DNA of 63,979 nucleotides, filler included, from Basidioascus undulatus (GCA_000826855.1; 3 parts of 3 records of this genome joined end to end with filler, not necessarily neighbours in it), one strand, 5' to 3'. Counted from the first letter of the whole stretch, positions 24,548-38,920 are shown. Translations and numbers: made by a program. Notes: generated by a model not told the origin, from the sequence alone.

Positions 24548-25837
24548 TCAGTCCCACGCCTCCTCGGCGCTCCGGCGGACGAGCCGGCGCACGCGCTTCT
24601 TGTACCCCTCAAGGTCCTCGCGGACCTGCTTCTGCTCGGAGCGAGGCGCAAAGAGAAAGATTATGAGAGCGTCTTGGAAGGGACAGCGGATACGAGCAGG
24701 CGGAGATGGGACGTACTGCCGCGTCCACGTTCGCCGGGCTGTCGGTCGAGGGCACGTCGGAGGAGAGGAGGGAGATGACCGACACGAGCTACGGAAGCAA
24801 GACGCGTTCGTCAGCGTTTGACTGCCGTGACAGAGAAGCGAGACTAGGGATGGAAGACACACGATGGACTCAATCGAGTGCACAGGCAGCCACCGCTCGC
24901 CGGCATCCTCGTAGCCCCACTCATCGTCGCCAGGCGGGTGCTGTACGCCCAATCCCTGTAAGCAGTAGTCCAAGAGAGCGGCTCAAACAGGAACAAGAGA
25001 CGAACAAGGATGGAGATGCAGAGCTCGCCCTTCCGCTCCGGCGGGGAGTTGTAGATCGAGGGGTGCCAGAGCTCGGTGGTGAACTTCATCTTGGGGGGGA
25101 GGAGGGGGTACTCCTGTAAACGCACGACATTGAGGGTCAATGCTTCACTTACGGGGGAGGGCAAAGGTCAGGCAGACGTACAGGAGGGAAAGACATGCGC
25201 GCTTTGAGGATTCCGCCCTCATAGAGCGTGTCGGGGGGTCTAGGTCGAGAACAGGACGTTGTCAGCTCCCGCTTGAATACGATGCCATCGGCATTGGGGG
25301 TCTTGAAGCGACCGCTGATGATCACTGAGCCAGGTGATGCAGGCCGGCGCGTAACGTGCCACGCCAGCAGTACTTCGCTCCGCGCACGGAATGCAGGTCA
25401 GGCGCAATGAGTGCCGTACGCTTTGAGATCGCACAAAGTGTGCATGAGATGAAGCCCAGCCGGCCGGCCGAAGACGCGTCTTCCCCTTCGGGTCACGCCT
25501 GAGACAAGCTCGGACGAAGCGCGTCCGTCCACCTTCCGTGCGCAATAACGAAGAAAGAACAGAACGCGTGCTCACCCGATGATCATGATATCCCACTCGA
25601 GCATGTTGTCGTCGTCAACCAGCCCAGCCGAGAAGCCCTCCACGGGGTGCTTCTTCAGCTCTGTTTCCACGCACGCACACCAGATCAGCTTCCCCTGCCT
25701 CCCCTCATCTGCAGCTCTCGGGAGGCGAAGAGTGAAGGAAGAGACTCACCTGCAAGCTGGCGCCGGAGAAGCAGATGCTGGCTTGCGCCGGTGGGGGTGC
25801 CGCTGCCGCTGGCGCCGGGGGTGGACTTGCCGGACAT
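24548..25837 (-). CDS. Ubiquitin-conjugating enzyme E2, UBE2G1/Ubc15-like (Ubc7 family)
   Basis: LLLRRQLA|ELKKHPVEGFSAGLVDDDNMLEWDIMIIG|PPDTLYEGG..|EYPLLPPKMKF..WHP...GELCISIL|HPPGDDEWGYEDAGERWLPVHSIESI; catalytic Cys and acidic loop are present. Confidence 0.93.
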
Positions 25838-26155
25838 GCTGCTGCTCGTCTTGAGCCGCTTGGCGGGCCGGGGCGATGGGGGGGACACGGTGGCGGTTTA
25901 GCGGAACAGACGGCGGAGGAAGAGAAGGCGCGGGTGTGAGCGAGCAAGCTGCGAACTGGGTGAGCGTGCGGATGAGATGGTGGTAGTCCAGAAGGAAGGA
26001 GCGAACGGTGGCGGCGACTGGGCGCCTGACGGCGACGACGGGCGGGCGGGCTGACCGCGGGATGAGCGGCGGGAGGTCCGGGGCCGGGTGCTGTCGAACG
26101 AACGCCTTGACCGTCTTCTCTTTGCCTTTGTCTTCACCGTATTATTTTCAACCCA

Positions 26156-26791
26156 ATGGCGGACACATCTGACCCGAGGCAGTCTACGATCCTCTACAAG
26201 GCATGCTTTAGGTCTTGAACAAGGGGTCGCATGACCTGACTCACCCTTCTTCCCCAGATTCTCACTTTCGCGGAGTTCGCCTCTCTCCCGACATCTTCTC
26301 CAGCGCCGTGGAGCGGTACTGCACTCGATATTTCTGGTATGTAATCATCAGACGAGCCCTGAAGCATACCCTCCGTTGACCACACTCCTCAACAGATGGC
26401 TTCATCCACACGTCCTCCGCGACTCAGCTCCCTCTGACGCTCAACCGCTTCTTCAAGGACGCCCAGGAAGTCTGGATCCTCGCCATCCCGCGTACTGAGT
26501 CCATCGAGCGCCACCTCAAGTTCGATCAGATCAGTTGAGCCTGAGTTCTATGAATGCGTCAAAGAAGACGCCTGGCTAACTCTCGCGCGGTCGTCAGAGA
26601 CGGGCGAGTACTTCGGGCACCTCTACGAGCCGGTGGGTGCCTTTCATCCTGGCTGTCCGAGGAATGCGGTGCCTAAATTGATGAGGTTGATGAACCCTCA
26701 CCAGATCGACATCGTGTCCGACGTGGCCGTCCGGAGACTGGCGAAGCGCATCGACGCCGAGACGTTCGACTTGGGCGAGCTGGAGTTCTGA
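26156..26791 (+). CDS. DUF952 family protein
   Basis: Spliced ILYK|ILT...GTALDIS|DGFIHTSSATQL..TLNRFF...FGHLY; the first intron is GC-AG. Confidence 0.8.
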
Positions 26792-27635
26792 AGACGATGA
26801 TAGAGGGGATGATCGTTACAGGGCTAAAGAAGTATCTGAACGCTAAAACCGTGCTGCCTACGATCCCAGTGGGTGTAGCGCACACTTCAAGCGATTGCCA
26901 ACTCACTGCGTGTCCGATTCGAAGCTTTGATTTGATCAATCCTTTGCCTTGCGCAGAACGAGCGCCGTCGGTTCAATCGCCATTTTTTTCTCACCCTTCA
27001 GCTCTTCGACTATCATGCGCCTTTCGCACCGCTACAGCTGGCGGCTATGCGTCATATCGAGGGGCCTTCTTGTCTCTTCAAAGTCAGGTCTAATCCACGG
27101 CGCGAAGAAGCTTGCCATTCTGCTGGATACTTGCATCGGGGCTTCGCCGTTTCCCGCTCGAAGAAGACGTCGATCGTAGGACTGACTTTGGGCCTTCGGC
27201 CCTGGCTCAGGTTCTCGGGACTGCCCGGCTGACCTGTCAGGCACTCAAAAGCAAACGGGGCTCTGATCTGGAGTCTGCGGGGCCCGCTAATGAGAGCATG
27301 GGAAGGGAATGTATGTTGTGCGGTTTGCTCAGAGCGGCCGGACGAGACTCCCGAGTTGAAGCGGCAGGAATAACCGCCTGTCACTCTGTGCCACTTTTCT
27401 TCAAAAAGTTCCAAGTACCGCGCGGGACAAGGTATGTTTCGCACACGAGCCGGAAGAAAACCATGCACAGTCGTATGGACTCCCCAATAACCTCCGGTAG
27501 TGCCAAGTGATGAAGGGGGGACGGCAGCGTCCGTCTTAAAGAGAGGAAGATGGAAAATGTACCTCTTCTTCTCTTCTCCTCTCGTACTCAACAACCGTTC
27601 TTCCACCCGTCAGGTATTGTCCATTGTTCGGCAAC

Positions 27636-30558
27636 ATGGCGACTCGCCCCGAGTCCATCACTTCAAAAGAGGGCGAGCATTCGTCGCTCGAGCGCACGTC
27701 CTGCACGGCGCAACGTCCCGTCAACGAGCACCAGGTCGTCAACATCGACGAGAAGTTCACCTCCGCCGTAAGCTGCATTGAGGCATTATACGGTGTCTTC
27801 GGAAAAACCAGCGTAGGGGCGGTGCTGCTTTACCTCGCCATCGCCCACCTCTGCTACACGATGTCGCTCGCCACCCTGACGGCGTACATCGCTTTCGCGA
27901 CCTCCTCGTACGGCCAGCACTCTGTTTTGGGCACGACCGATGTCGCCGTATACGTATTGGCTGCCGTTTGTACGCTACGTCGTTGTCCTCCATCTATCTG
28001 TTGCGCACAGGTTAGTTCACGACCACGACAGGCAAGCCGTTCATCGCGAAGTTCTCTGATATCACTTCGCGCCCGCTTGCATACGTAATGTCATTGTGCT
28101 TATTTATCGGTATGTCCGTGATAATGGAGGTAACATGGAGAGTCTTAGGACTGAACCCACCGCGTCACTAGTGGGTATCATCATCGTGTCGGCTTCCCAC
28201 TCGGTCAACGCTTTCGCGGCCGGTGAATCCCTTTACTTGAAATGGTTTCAGGAGTGTTCCTGTCTCATTTTTGGAGCAGGCGACGTGCTGTACACCATTG
28301 GCAACACCGGTCTCGACCTCGTCACCCAAATCATCGTTGCCGACATTACCCCTCTGAAGTGGCGCGGATTCATGACCGCTTTGATCAGCGCTCCGGACAT
28401 CATCAACATCTTCGTACCGTCAGTTTCTCTGCTCTGGTACCAAAAGGCATACACATAAAAATCTGATACACTTAAACAACAGCGGTAAGATGGTTAAGGG
28501 GCTGGGCGAAGACGGCTGGCGTTGGGGATACGGAATGTTCGGGGTATGTCCAAAAGCCATCATCTTCTTTACCACATCACAAACAAAGTCTCTCTTCTCT
28601 TTCCTCTGAGTCTGACCAGTCTGTGTCACTGCCTACCGTACCAGGTCATGATGCCCGCTAAGATCGCGCCTGCACTCATGGTCCTTTTCTGGGCCGACAT
28701 CAAGGCGAAGCGAGCGGGCGTGCTGTCCTTCTCGGCATTGCCGTACGCTACGCGTGAGCAAGACCCGAGGCCAACGGAACTCGTGGCTCGAGATGGCGTG
28801 GTTCTACTGGTCCCAGATCGACGCCTTCGGACTCATCCTCCGGCTTCGCCTGGTCGCTCGTCCTGTTGCCCTTCACGCTGTACAAGCGCGCTGATGGCGG
28901 CTGGCATAAGTGTACGCTCCCTTCCTTTTTCGGCCAAGAGGTGTTCCCACGAAGTTCATTTTCTTTGTCCGCAGCCTCCATCATTGCCATGCTTGTCGTC
29001 GGCGGGGTGCTGATTTTTGTCTTCCTGGCCTACGAAAAGTATTGGGCAGCCCACCCCCTGACTCCGAAGCGCATCCTCAACCGGTACGGTGGCCTTTCCT
29101 TTGCCATACTTTGTACAAACATACGCCAATACGTGGCACCCCCCTCGCCGCTTCATAGCACCTTCATCTGCTGCCTGGTGATCAAAGTGTTGTATTTCCT
29201 TTCCGGCCTATGCGCTCTACATACTAGCGCCAGCTGGGTTTATGTCATCAAGGACTGGTGGGTTACCAACTTAAAGTATGCTTAGGCATGCCAAACTGCG
29301 CTTACACTCCGTTCGCAGGACCCTCGACCACTGGACGTACTTCACGAACATATCCACCGTCGGCCTTTGCATCTTTGGTATCCTCGCAGGGCTCATTCAG
29401 CGTGTGACTCATAGCTACAAGGCACGTCTGACCATCTTGTGGTATTGTCATTAGGTCGGATGTGCTGCTGACAAGAATGAAGCACCCGCAAACAGTACCT
29501 GCAACTCTCGGGCATCTGCATCCGCATTATGTACGTTCAGGCTGCAGTGTCGAGGACTTCTATCGAAACTCCCCTAAAACAAGATTGCTGATTCCTTTCT
29601 GTCTCCCGTCAGCGGCATGGGCCTTACCCTGCATGCTCGCGGTCCGAATGCGACGTGCGTTTCCTCTCCCTTTCTCGGTCCACCTTGTCTTTGAAGTCAA
29701 TGTGACGTCTGATTGACAACCGTGGGCTATTTTTCTCTATCAGGGATGCTGAGTTGGTTTGGATGCAAATCTTGATCGCCATGGGCGGTGCATTCAGCGC
29801 CGTCGGCTCCCGCGTGGCGTCTCAAGCCTCTGTCCCTCATGCGGACTTGGCGACGGTCATCGCCGTCCTCTCCCTGTACACCCAAAGTTGCGGCACAGCT
29901 GGTTCCGCCATCGGTGCTTGACCTTGCCTGGCGATACCCCGATGGACTCGCTACTGACTGCTACATCTTTCCAGCTACTGCGGTCTGGAGTGCGTCCAAA
30001 AGCGCAAATACTTCGAGGCTTGGCCCAACTTACAACCGTACTGAAAGTGAATACAGCGAGAAGATGCCCGAAAACTTGCATAAGTACCTCGATGGTCGTC
30101 TCAGCGGCGCGGAGATCAAGAAGATCTTTGGCTCCATCAAGTCGGCTTGCAACACTGAGCCCGTCGTCCGGTCTTTGGTCATCAAGGGTTCGCCACTCAT
30201 TTGTACATCTTCACCTTATAGCGTATACTGCTTGTATTATTGGACCAAACAGCCTACGACACCGACTTCAACCTCTACCTGCCTGCACTCATCCTCTGTA
30301 AGCACAAAGCAAGCGACCTTCGCGTTCTGGCATACCAATCTGTTGACGGTGATCGCGTTTCTCGTTCTTTTCTTCCGACGCACAACCATTATACCGTTGA
30401 TTGCCACTGTCATTATACTCAACTTCTACCTCGGCGACACCCACAATGCGGTTCAGGACAAGAAAGTCTTTGGCGAGGGCAACAGCGAGTTGGCAACCAC
30501 CCCCGCGGACGCGGACGACAAGACGCACTCGCGCCAGCCTCCTCAGGTTAATGCTTGA
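27636..30558 (+). CDS. MFS siderophore-iron transporter (ARN/SIT1/Mir family), apparently frameshifted
   Basis: AFATSSYGQHS, GKPFIAK, QIIVADITPLKWRG, IDAFGLIL, ASQASVPHADLA, FYLGDTHNAV. Two reading-frame breaks near 28775 and 28841. Confidence 0.85.
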
Positions 30559-32263
30559 TGGTCGACAGCATGCCTCCCGAGCAATTCGTTTGTTCCAGTT
30601 TGATGTACTTGTTTTACGCATCCTCCCCGCTCATATTCTCCTTGTTTTTCCGCTTCTCCTGCCTACGATAACGTTCATAGATATCACGACTTCCTGGCTT
30701 TTCCGGTTTGGTGCTTTCTGGTTACTGATAGATTTCATGTATCGCATTTGTGCAGTAACGTGCCAGCCTGTCTCCGAAACTGAGCTCACCTGAACCAGCG
30801 TCGACAGTGCAAGCCAGCAAGTCGTGTCTGCTGCGAGGGAACCAACGTCTGATAACCTACACTTTGAATCAATGTATCACTTTTTTTCTCGCATTTTTAC
30901 TGTTGAAAGGTCAACAAAGCTGCTCCTCGTTCATGCCCCATGATACTGCTATAGATGTGTCAACTTCTAAGTTCTGGGTTGCTCACTGGCACAAAGTACC
31001 GCTGGGGATCTGTCTCTAAATCTGGAACATTTCCTACCATTCTCTCAAGTTGAGGCAATAACACTGAGTCTGGGCTTTACAACGCTCTTCCTGCCGCCCA
31101 ACGAAAGTTCCATCTTGAGGCAACCGAGCGGGTCCAAGATTGGGCCGCACGGATAGGACACGATAGCGGACAGCACACATGAATTATCTTCTAAGTGTGC
31201 CACACTTTTGAATAGCCCATCCACGAGAAGAGACTCCGGCAGTGCAAGGTGTATCGCAGGGCCCTGTCTACTCGATCCAACGCCCTCTCTGGTGCTTCCC
31301 TGTTCCCCCGGCTGGTTTTGACAGCCGATCTGACTTGCTTCTCCCAAGCACATGCATGACTCCTAATTGGAGATCAACACAAACGCGCACTTTGTGCGCA
31401 ATCTGGCCAAGGGCTGTCAGGCGTGCTGCCTGTTCACATGTATCTGGAGCCATTTCTTCTTTCATGTTGAGTCTACGCAGTCATCGGAACCATGACCGGA
31501 TCCAAGTACAGCTCCAGTGAAAAAAAAAATAGATGCCCGTTGGCCTATATTGGGTGAGGCGGTATCAATCGTCAGCCCTAACATCGCACTGCATCTCGTC
31601 CGGCCTGCCGCTTCTCGAGTCGCACCCGAAGATCCCAAGCCTCATAGGACGACCCGATTTTATTCAATGGCTAAGGATGTTCTTTAGTATTATTTAAGGA
31701 TGGACATTACTCTCGCCAGGCATTGGGAGATTCCTTGCTTGAAGGACGAAGGCTGGATAGCGCTCAAGGTCGGGAACACGACGACTGGCACTGGCTTTCA
31801 CCGTCGACTCGAGGTGCGTTCTCACAATTCCTGGCTACGTCACTCAAGGAACCGACATGCTCCTGCATACCAAAAGCGCCATTTAGTCGTTATATGTATC
31901 AGTGAGGCCGTTCAGCCTTCAAGTTCCGCGCAATCATGCATGCTGCTGTAACCTGCTACTTCGTCACTTCCCCATAATTACATACAAGGGCATTTAATAT
32001 GAGTCGAATTCCACAAGCGGAACAAGAATCCAAGTAACAGCGCGTGAAGCGTAAGTATGTCAACTCTTACGGTGAACGTACACGCAGCCGCGGGCGCTAT
32101 GCAGACGCAGTTTGTTTTAAGTTTTTTTTTTCAAAAAAGTCAATTCAGGTACAAAGTCGCGTGCAAAATGTCCCTAATGCGCATTGGCGGTCGTCATGCA
32201 TCAGCATTCATCACTCAAGCAGTCCGTTAGATGCTGCGCACTCACCGGCATGCATCTAATCTG

Positions 32264-35062
32264 TCATGATCCGCCCAAGCTTCTCCTGCTCGCCCTCGAG
32301 CCGGAGCTCCCAGCACTCCCCGTGCTTCCGGGCGGCGCCGCCGCCGTGGTCCCGCCCCTAACGAGCCCCGCGCTCAACGGCGGGCGGGTGCTGGGCAGTG
32401 CCGGCCCTCCCGCGCCTTCGTACTCGAACAGCCCTGCCGCCGCAGCCGGTTCCCCAGGCCCGAGCGCCGGGCTGGGCGGCACGCTCCCCGCGTCGCTCGG
32501 GGGCGCCGCAAAGCTCGCGAGGAACGAGCCCATGGACGCGGAGAAGTCTTCCCTCCTCCGGGACGGGTACGCGCGCGCGAACTGCGCCGTCCCGTCGTCC
32601 GAATCCTCCGCGTCCGACCCCTGCGCGAGCGCGGCGGGGTCCGGCGACGCAGCGCGCCGCAGCTGCTTCCGCGCATGATGGCGCCGCGACGCAACGGAGT
32701 TCGAGAAGAGCGGTAGGAGGTAGCGCTCGTCCAGCGCGGTGAACCACCGCCCGTCGCGGAAGACCATGCCCGGGCGGTGCTCGTCCTGCGTGCCGGGGGC
32801 GCCACCGCCCGGCACCTCGGACGCAGGCGACGGAAGGACCTCGTTGTCAGATTCGTCGACCAGATCCGCAGAGGACGTGGACGCGTGCAGCTGCGGCGCG
32901 GAGACGGTGCGGTTGCCGGAGTGGAAGGGTGGCGCGGTGGGGAGAGGAGGCTGCGAGGTGGGGCCGAGCGTCGGGGACGCAAGGGTGATGCTCTCGTCCG
33001 GCTCGTCCGAGTACGCCTTGCCGTACGGCTGCGTCTGCGTGAAATGGTTGAACCCCTGCGGGCCATTGCTGCTCCGCCTGTAGCTCGCGCTCCCGCCGAC
33101 CCCTCCGAGGTGGTACCCGTACGGGCCGGGAAGAGGCCCATCCTCCTCGTCCGAGCTCGCGCCCTCGTCATCCTCGACGCCCATCCGGATGCCCATGACG
33201 TCCAGCATCCGGCTGGTCGTCCCACCGAAGACGACGACCGTGATCACGACAACGACGAGAACCGTCGTGCGCAGTGCAGCAGCGTTCTTGCCCGCTATGC
33301 CCGCAGCGAGCGCGACGCCGACGGCTCCGCGCAGACCCGCCCAGAAGAGCATCATCTGGTACGAATGCGGCAGCTCGGGCTGCCGCTGGCCGCGCGAGCG
33401 GAAGAACCAGTTAATGAGCGAGGAAAGGGGGAAGACGGCGAGGTACCGCGCGAGGACGACGGCGATCTATAAATCCCACAGCGCATCAGTGAAAAAGTAA
33501 CCAGAAGTGCTCAACAAAACAGCGGACAGTCGCGACGATGATGAACAGCGGCTTGAACTCGGCGACGTCCTGCGTGAAGAGCGTGATACCGAGGTAGATG
33601 AAGATGAAGTTTTCAGAGAGCTGCGCTAGGACGGAGAACATCGACTTGGTCGTGCGCTGCGTTTTGCGGCTCATGTTGTGGTACGCGTAGTGCTTGAGCG
33701 TGATACCGCAGAAGAGCAGCGATACGATGCCTACTCCCGTCGACTCGCGGTTCAACTTCTCCCACCCTTCGAGAGAACCGTGAAAGAGGGACTGACCCGA
33801 CATGGCGATGCCGTTCGAGAAGAAATAGCTCGTGTAGGCGGTGAGCGCGACGAGGCAGGACTCGATGCCCGGGTAGAGGTTGAGGTTCGAATGCTTGAGC
33901 CCGAGCGAGGCGCAGAGGCCGAACGCCACGCCGAGCGCCATGGAAATGGAGAACTGGAGGAGGAAAATGCCCGTGCCGTGGAAGAAGGACGAGATCGCGA
34001 TGTCCTCGCCATGGAACTGGGACAGCGTCCTGCATCGGAACCCTCATCAGCAACAGACTGCCGCGAAGTAAGGTGCTTAGGAGACAACAACGCACTCGTA
34101 AAGAACGATGGAGACGGCGTCGTTAAGGATAGACTCTCCGAAGATGACGGAGTACAGCTTCGGATCGACCTTGTAGGTGTTGAAGATCGCGAGGATGGTG
34201 ACGGGGTCCGTAGCGGACAGGGTCGAGCCGAGGATGAGGCACTCGACGAGAGTGAGGTCGAGCCGGCCGATGTGCAGCAGGTTGAAAAGGTATACGATCA
34301 CACTGTGGTAGGGCGGTGTCGTCAGCATTCGCCTCATTCTCGAACGAAGGCGCAGGGAGCCCGACAGCTGCTGCGCCACGGACATCGCGTTCACAGTCTC
34401 TTCGAAAGAGTGCGCCAGTGAAGGAATGAACTCACCCAATGGCAACGGCAGAAATAAATGTTCCCGCGAATGCGAATGTCAAGATTACGCCGAAGTTACG
34501 GAAGAAGTTCTCCTGTTGAGAGGGCGCGGACGCCATCATCAGCACGGCTTCTGCCCAAGGCCGGAAGACAGGGACTAGCCTGTTTGAGCTCGTATCCAGA
34601 ATTTAGGATGATTGGTGGAAGGAGGAGATTGAAGAAGAGGGTATGTTTGAAGGTCTGGCGTGAGGAGTGATCAGTGCGCACGACGAAACGGAACGAAGTC
34701 CTCCAGACAAAGTAGACGTACGACCATCTCTCGGACCATATGGCCCGACATGTGTCGAATGATCAACCCGACCACCATGCCTGTCCCATTGCGACCACCC
34801 CCATGAGCTACCTGCGCCAGATCTCCCTGCTGCCTCTCCCGCCCCAGCGGTTTGACCCACCCGAGAAGATGGAGATGACCGTCTCGTGTACTGCGCGGAT
34901 CTTCCGGACCTGCAAGTAGTAGCTGGTACATAGTGCGCCGATGAGGAGCAGCGTGAGGATCGCGAGCGAGAGGGACGCGTAGCGCTCGACATCAATCGGC
35001 GTCTCCTCCGCGGGCGGCTCCGGCGTCGCGACGGCGGCGGCGGCGGCGAGGACGTTGATCAT
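32264..35062 (-). CDS. NHX1: Endosomal Na+(K+)/H+ exchanger
   Basis: AVHETVISIF, FFNLLLPPIILNSGYELKQ|ENFFRNFG, STLSATDPVTILAIF, FGESILNDAVSIV, SENFIFIYLG, FWAGLRGAVGVALA. Confidence 0.96.
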
Positions 35063-35779
35063 CGCGCTCGCTATGGGGCGGCGGCGGCGGCAACGGCAAC
35101 GAAGACAAGAATGTGGAAGACTGGAGAGTACGGTGGTGGTGGTGGTGCAGCTGCAAGGGTGCCGGCGACCGCACGAGAGGGAAGATCAAGCTTCGAGGGC
35201 GCGTTGGTCCGACACACGTGCTGTCGTACGTCACTGTCGCAGCTGCAAACAGCTCTGGCTGCGTCTCTCAAGCCTTTTTTTTTTTTGGTATTCCAGGCTA
35301 TAAAAACATCCAAATCTGGTAAGTGAAGCTATACCGGAAACAGGCAGACAGCGTACGAGTCAGCATGCCCGAGTCGCTTTCTCGCAGTGAAGAGTAATGT
35401 TCCTCTGCCTTTGCCGGAAGACCTGCCGGCCTTAGAAAGATAAGTATTGAAAAGGAAAGAACAGGTGTTATTTATCTGAAAAGGGACGGGTTGCTTCAGG
35501 CGAAATCCCAACTTCAGCACAAACGCACTTAGTGTAGTAGAGGCAGCCGCCGGCTGGCAGTGGCGGCATCCGGACCTGTTCGCATGCACGCGTCCTATTA
35601 ATTGTTCAAAGGGAATGCATTTAGAGCTTTCCGTCCCCCACATGTACGTGGACCGCTCACAGACGTGGTAACTCTTCGTGCCTTCAGTTTAGACCGCCGG
35701 CGTTCGCTCTTGCTCTCTGTCCATCATCATCTCACTCCCATCCGCAACTGACCTCACTCTCTCCTCGAACTCACCCGCC

Positions 35780-36714
35780 ATGTCAATTTTACCGCTCCTG
35801 GCGGTCCAAAGAGCTCGTACAGCGCGCCCGCTAGCGAGTATCCTCCTACCGCCTCGTATTCGATGCATCCGGTCTCGGTTTGGAGCGAAGACACTGCCAG
35901 GATTGTCGTGACGGACACGAAGCTCTCTTCAGATGTTCGTCCATATTTCACAAAAAGCAACTTCTCATCATACTGACTTTGCATCGGAACTGCCTCAGCC
36001 TGAAGCTCTCCACCGCTTTCTCCTCTCGGAGGACACTGCCCCGCCACGCTTCCAGGTCGTGTGCAAGTGCATTGCCATGGACTTCCACTTCACGATCGAC
36101 CTCACGCCCATCCTCCTCTCCGCGGCGCGCGGCGTACCTCACTCGGAAGACCCGCGTCCTCCCCTCGGGCCCAGCAGATCTGCTCGTCGCTCGGCATCGC
36201 TCCCCCTCGCAACAGGGCAGCCCACACGCTTCATCCTCCCGAATAACATTCGGAGTTTTCGGGGACTGACTTTGTGGCGATCTGGAAGACGGACGCCGAG
36301 GCCGGAGGTGGGGTGGGGAGTCGGAGAGGGAGACTGGTTCAGGTGGATCGGATCGCCGGTCGGATACGTGGAACGGCGTCCGGTTTTCTGGAGGTGTGCC
36401 GTGGGAGGATACTGGCGCGGGGCATGCGAGCGTGTCGAGAAGTTCTGCCGCTCTTGGGACCAGAACAAGGTCTTCGAAGTGAGCCTTCCATTTATCCGTC
36501 ACCTGCCGTTGACGTGCTAGCTGATTCTCTGTAAACCGCTTAGTACAAGAGGAAGGAGGAGGGCATATTTGTGGAGGAGTGGTTCAGAAAGTGGGAGCAG
36601 TCCATTCGCGAGGGCGTACGCCTCGCGTACAAAGGAGATCTCGCGGACGTTGGAGGCAGGCTGGGCGGGACGAGGTCGGTGCTCCTCGCGACGCGGCACT
36701 GTGGACTTGCGTAA
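35780..36714 (+). CDS. Uncharacterised fungal protein, possibly degenerate
   Basis: Spliced-looking VTDTKLSSD|PEALHRFLL..PPRFQVVC..DFHFTIDLT...EKFCRS..KVFE|..EEWFRKWEQSIREGV. The start codon is unclear. Confidence 0.45.
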
Positions 36715-38920
36715 CAACTTGTCCCCACATTCGTTGAGAAAGAGCTAGCTTAAAGGTCCTCCATTGTGTCAGTCGCACGTAACCCTGACCACCGGGCAAA
36801 AAGCCGGCGTACACGCTCAGGCGGGCATCAACGGCAACGCTGTATGCTTGTGCAACCCAAATTCTTTCAGGCTTGTCCTTTGGTCCTCCCCAGTTTTTGC
36901 TAAATTCAGTTCATATCTTCGTTGAATACGCCCCCACTCTACTGCAGGCCGAAACGAACAGCCTCATGCTTGACACTCTGACACTCCGCGTGTTCCCTCC
37001 CTATGGCCAGCAAGATCATCCCTCCCGTACGCCGCAACGGTCACGACTCACGTCTGCAAGATTCCATATATCGTATGAGCCTCCGCAATGCAGTCCGTTC
37101 GAAAGAATTCTTGTCTGTAAAAGAGACTGCTCAGATGGGACTGAGGAAATCAAGTGCATTGCACCATCAACCTGCACCAACCCAGGCCGTTGTGAATGAA
37201 AAGCAACAACATCAAAAAAGCCTCTCGTCCGTCCATTCGACTACTTCGGTTCAGTCCGTAGTAACTCACAGGTTGAGCTTGTGGGCCAGGTCCGATCTCC
37301 TTCATGTTCCTATCCGTCGTACTCCAGATGAGCACCGTGAGGCTGCTGCCGAAATCAGGCCGGCGCTGTGTCGGCGCGTATTATTCGTTGAAACTCTTGA
37401 TACTCCTTATAAGGGCAATGCACTGAAAGCTTATCCAGTGCACCATGTTGAACGCATCCAGTACCGTGCAACGTCGACATCAGAGTCCATAGCTCCGCCA
37501 GTGCAGTGTTGCGAGCATCGACTATTCAAGCCCCGCTCACCTTGACCGCCACCTTTCAGTGTGGTCTGTACTTAGTATCCCTGCTCCTAGAAACGTCAGT
37601 GCCTTGTGTTCTCACAGTCCGACAATTGCATAAGAAGCTTCGGTGGGGTCCAGCAGAACGAAGTACTGATTTTCTGGTTCGTTGCGCACCATTGTCTCCG
37701 CGAGAGACTCGTGCAAACGCACCTATGGTATCACTATCCCCTACCTCTTCTCAGTTTCCTCCTCCCCGTTGGACAGGCGGACGCGGAGCGAGGCGGGTCT
37801 GTGTGGAGTGAGGATGCATCCGGGAGAACACGGACTGTGTCGGTGCAGGAGCCGACCACATAAATGTATACGTCGAATTGTACTCTAATTTTTAATGTAA
37901 AAGTAAGTGGTGTGGGGACACTGTCATAGGGAAAGCAACGCACGACGACGTCGAGATTGGAGAAGACAAGGGGGGATTGGAAACAGCCTCTGGATTCGCG
38001 CTGCACGACAGATTCACTGTTGCTCACACTTTCTAGCAAGCATAACAAGGTCATGAAGAACGGTGTTCTGTACGAGACTCTCGTCGCCACCTACTGCAGG
38101 GGTCGGGGCGCCATCACCGTCGCAAAGTCTAGTGTGAGAAGAGAGAATAGATCAAAAGCTCTTGTTGCTTTGTGGAATCACCATGGCACCGCCCTCAAGA
38201 GGCGCGCTTCTGCGTGGTGTCGATGGCGCACCCAGTAGTAGGAGGTGCCCACGGAAAATGGGAACTTACCTGCTGGTGATCTCCCTAATAAGAATGGATG
38301 AAGAGACGATGGCTCTTTTTGGGACAAGGAAGTATGCACATGGGGTGGGGTCAAAGTACGCCGAGTGCCTTCGGCCGGGAAGAGGCTCTGTTTCCGCAAT
38401 CCGGTTATCGTGTTACGCCCTCAATGTAGGGGCTGGACAAGGTTCAAGAGTCTGTGCTGCAGAAGTATGGAAAATAAAAACAACAAAGGAAATATTTGCT
38501 AACTCGCCAGCAGCTACCTCTGGCCCTAGTGCTATGTGCGAGGCTCGCCTCGAGGCTTTCGAAGCTCTCACGGCAGTAAAAGTCCTTCTTGAGAACTTAG
38601 AACTTCAAGGATTTGGAAACGCGAAGAACAGCTCAGACTGGAAGGCTATCGCCCTCACGTAGCAGGTTTGATAATCATCCTCAGGCAAGAGTACACCAAT
38701 TAAAGAGAAAACCTGTCCAAGCATCGGCAACAAACTGATGCATATGAGGAACACCCTCCAACAAGTCTCAGTAGGAGCGACCCTTTTCATTCGCAAGGTT
38801 TGTCGTCAACTAGCAACTTTCAACGGCCCAGCCGTTCTTGTTCTTCGAAGCAGTTTTGCCCTCATCCGCTGTGGATTCTGAATCCAAAAGCAATTCGGCT
38901 CGCTTGCAGTCCCCAAGAAT

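Noticed and set aside
27000..27635. Iron-responsive GATA sites upstream of the siderophore transporter
   Set aside because: No clear extended GATAA motif was found by eye.
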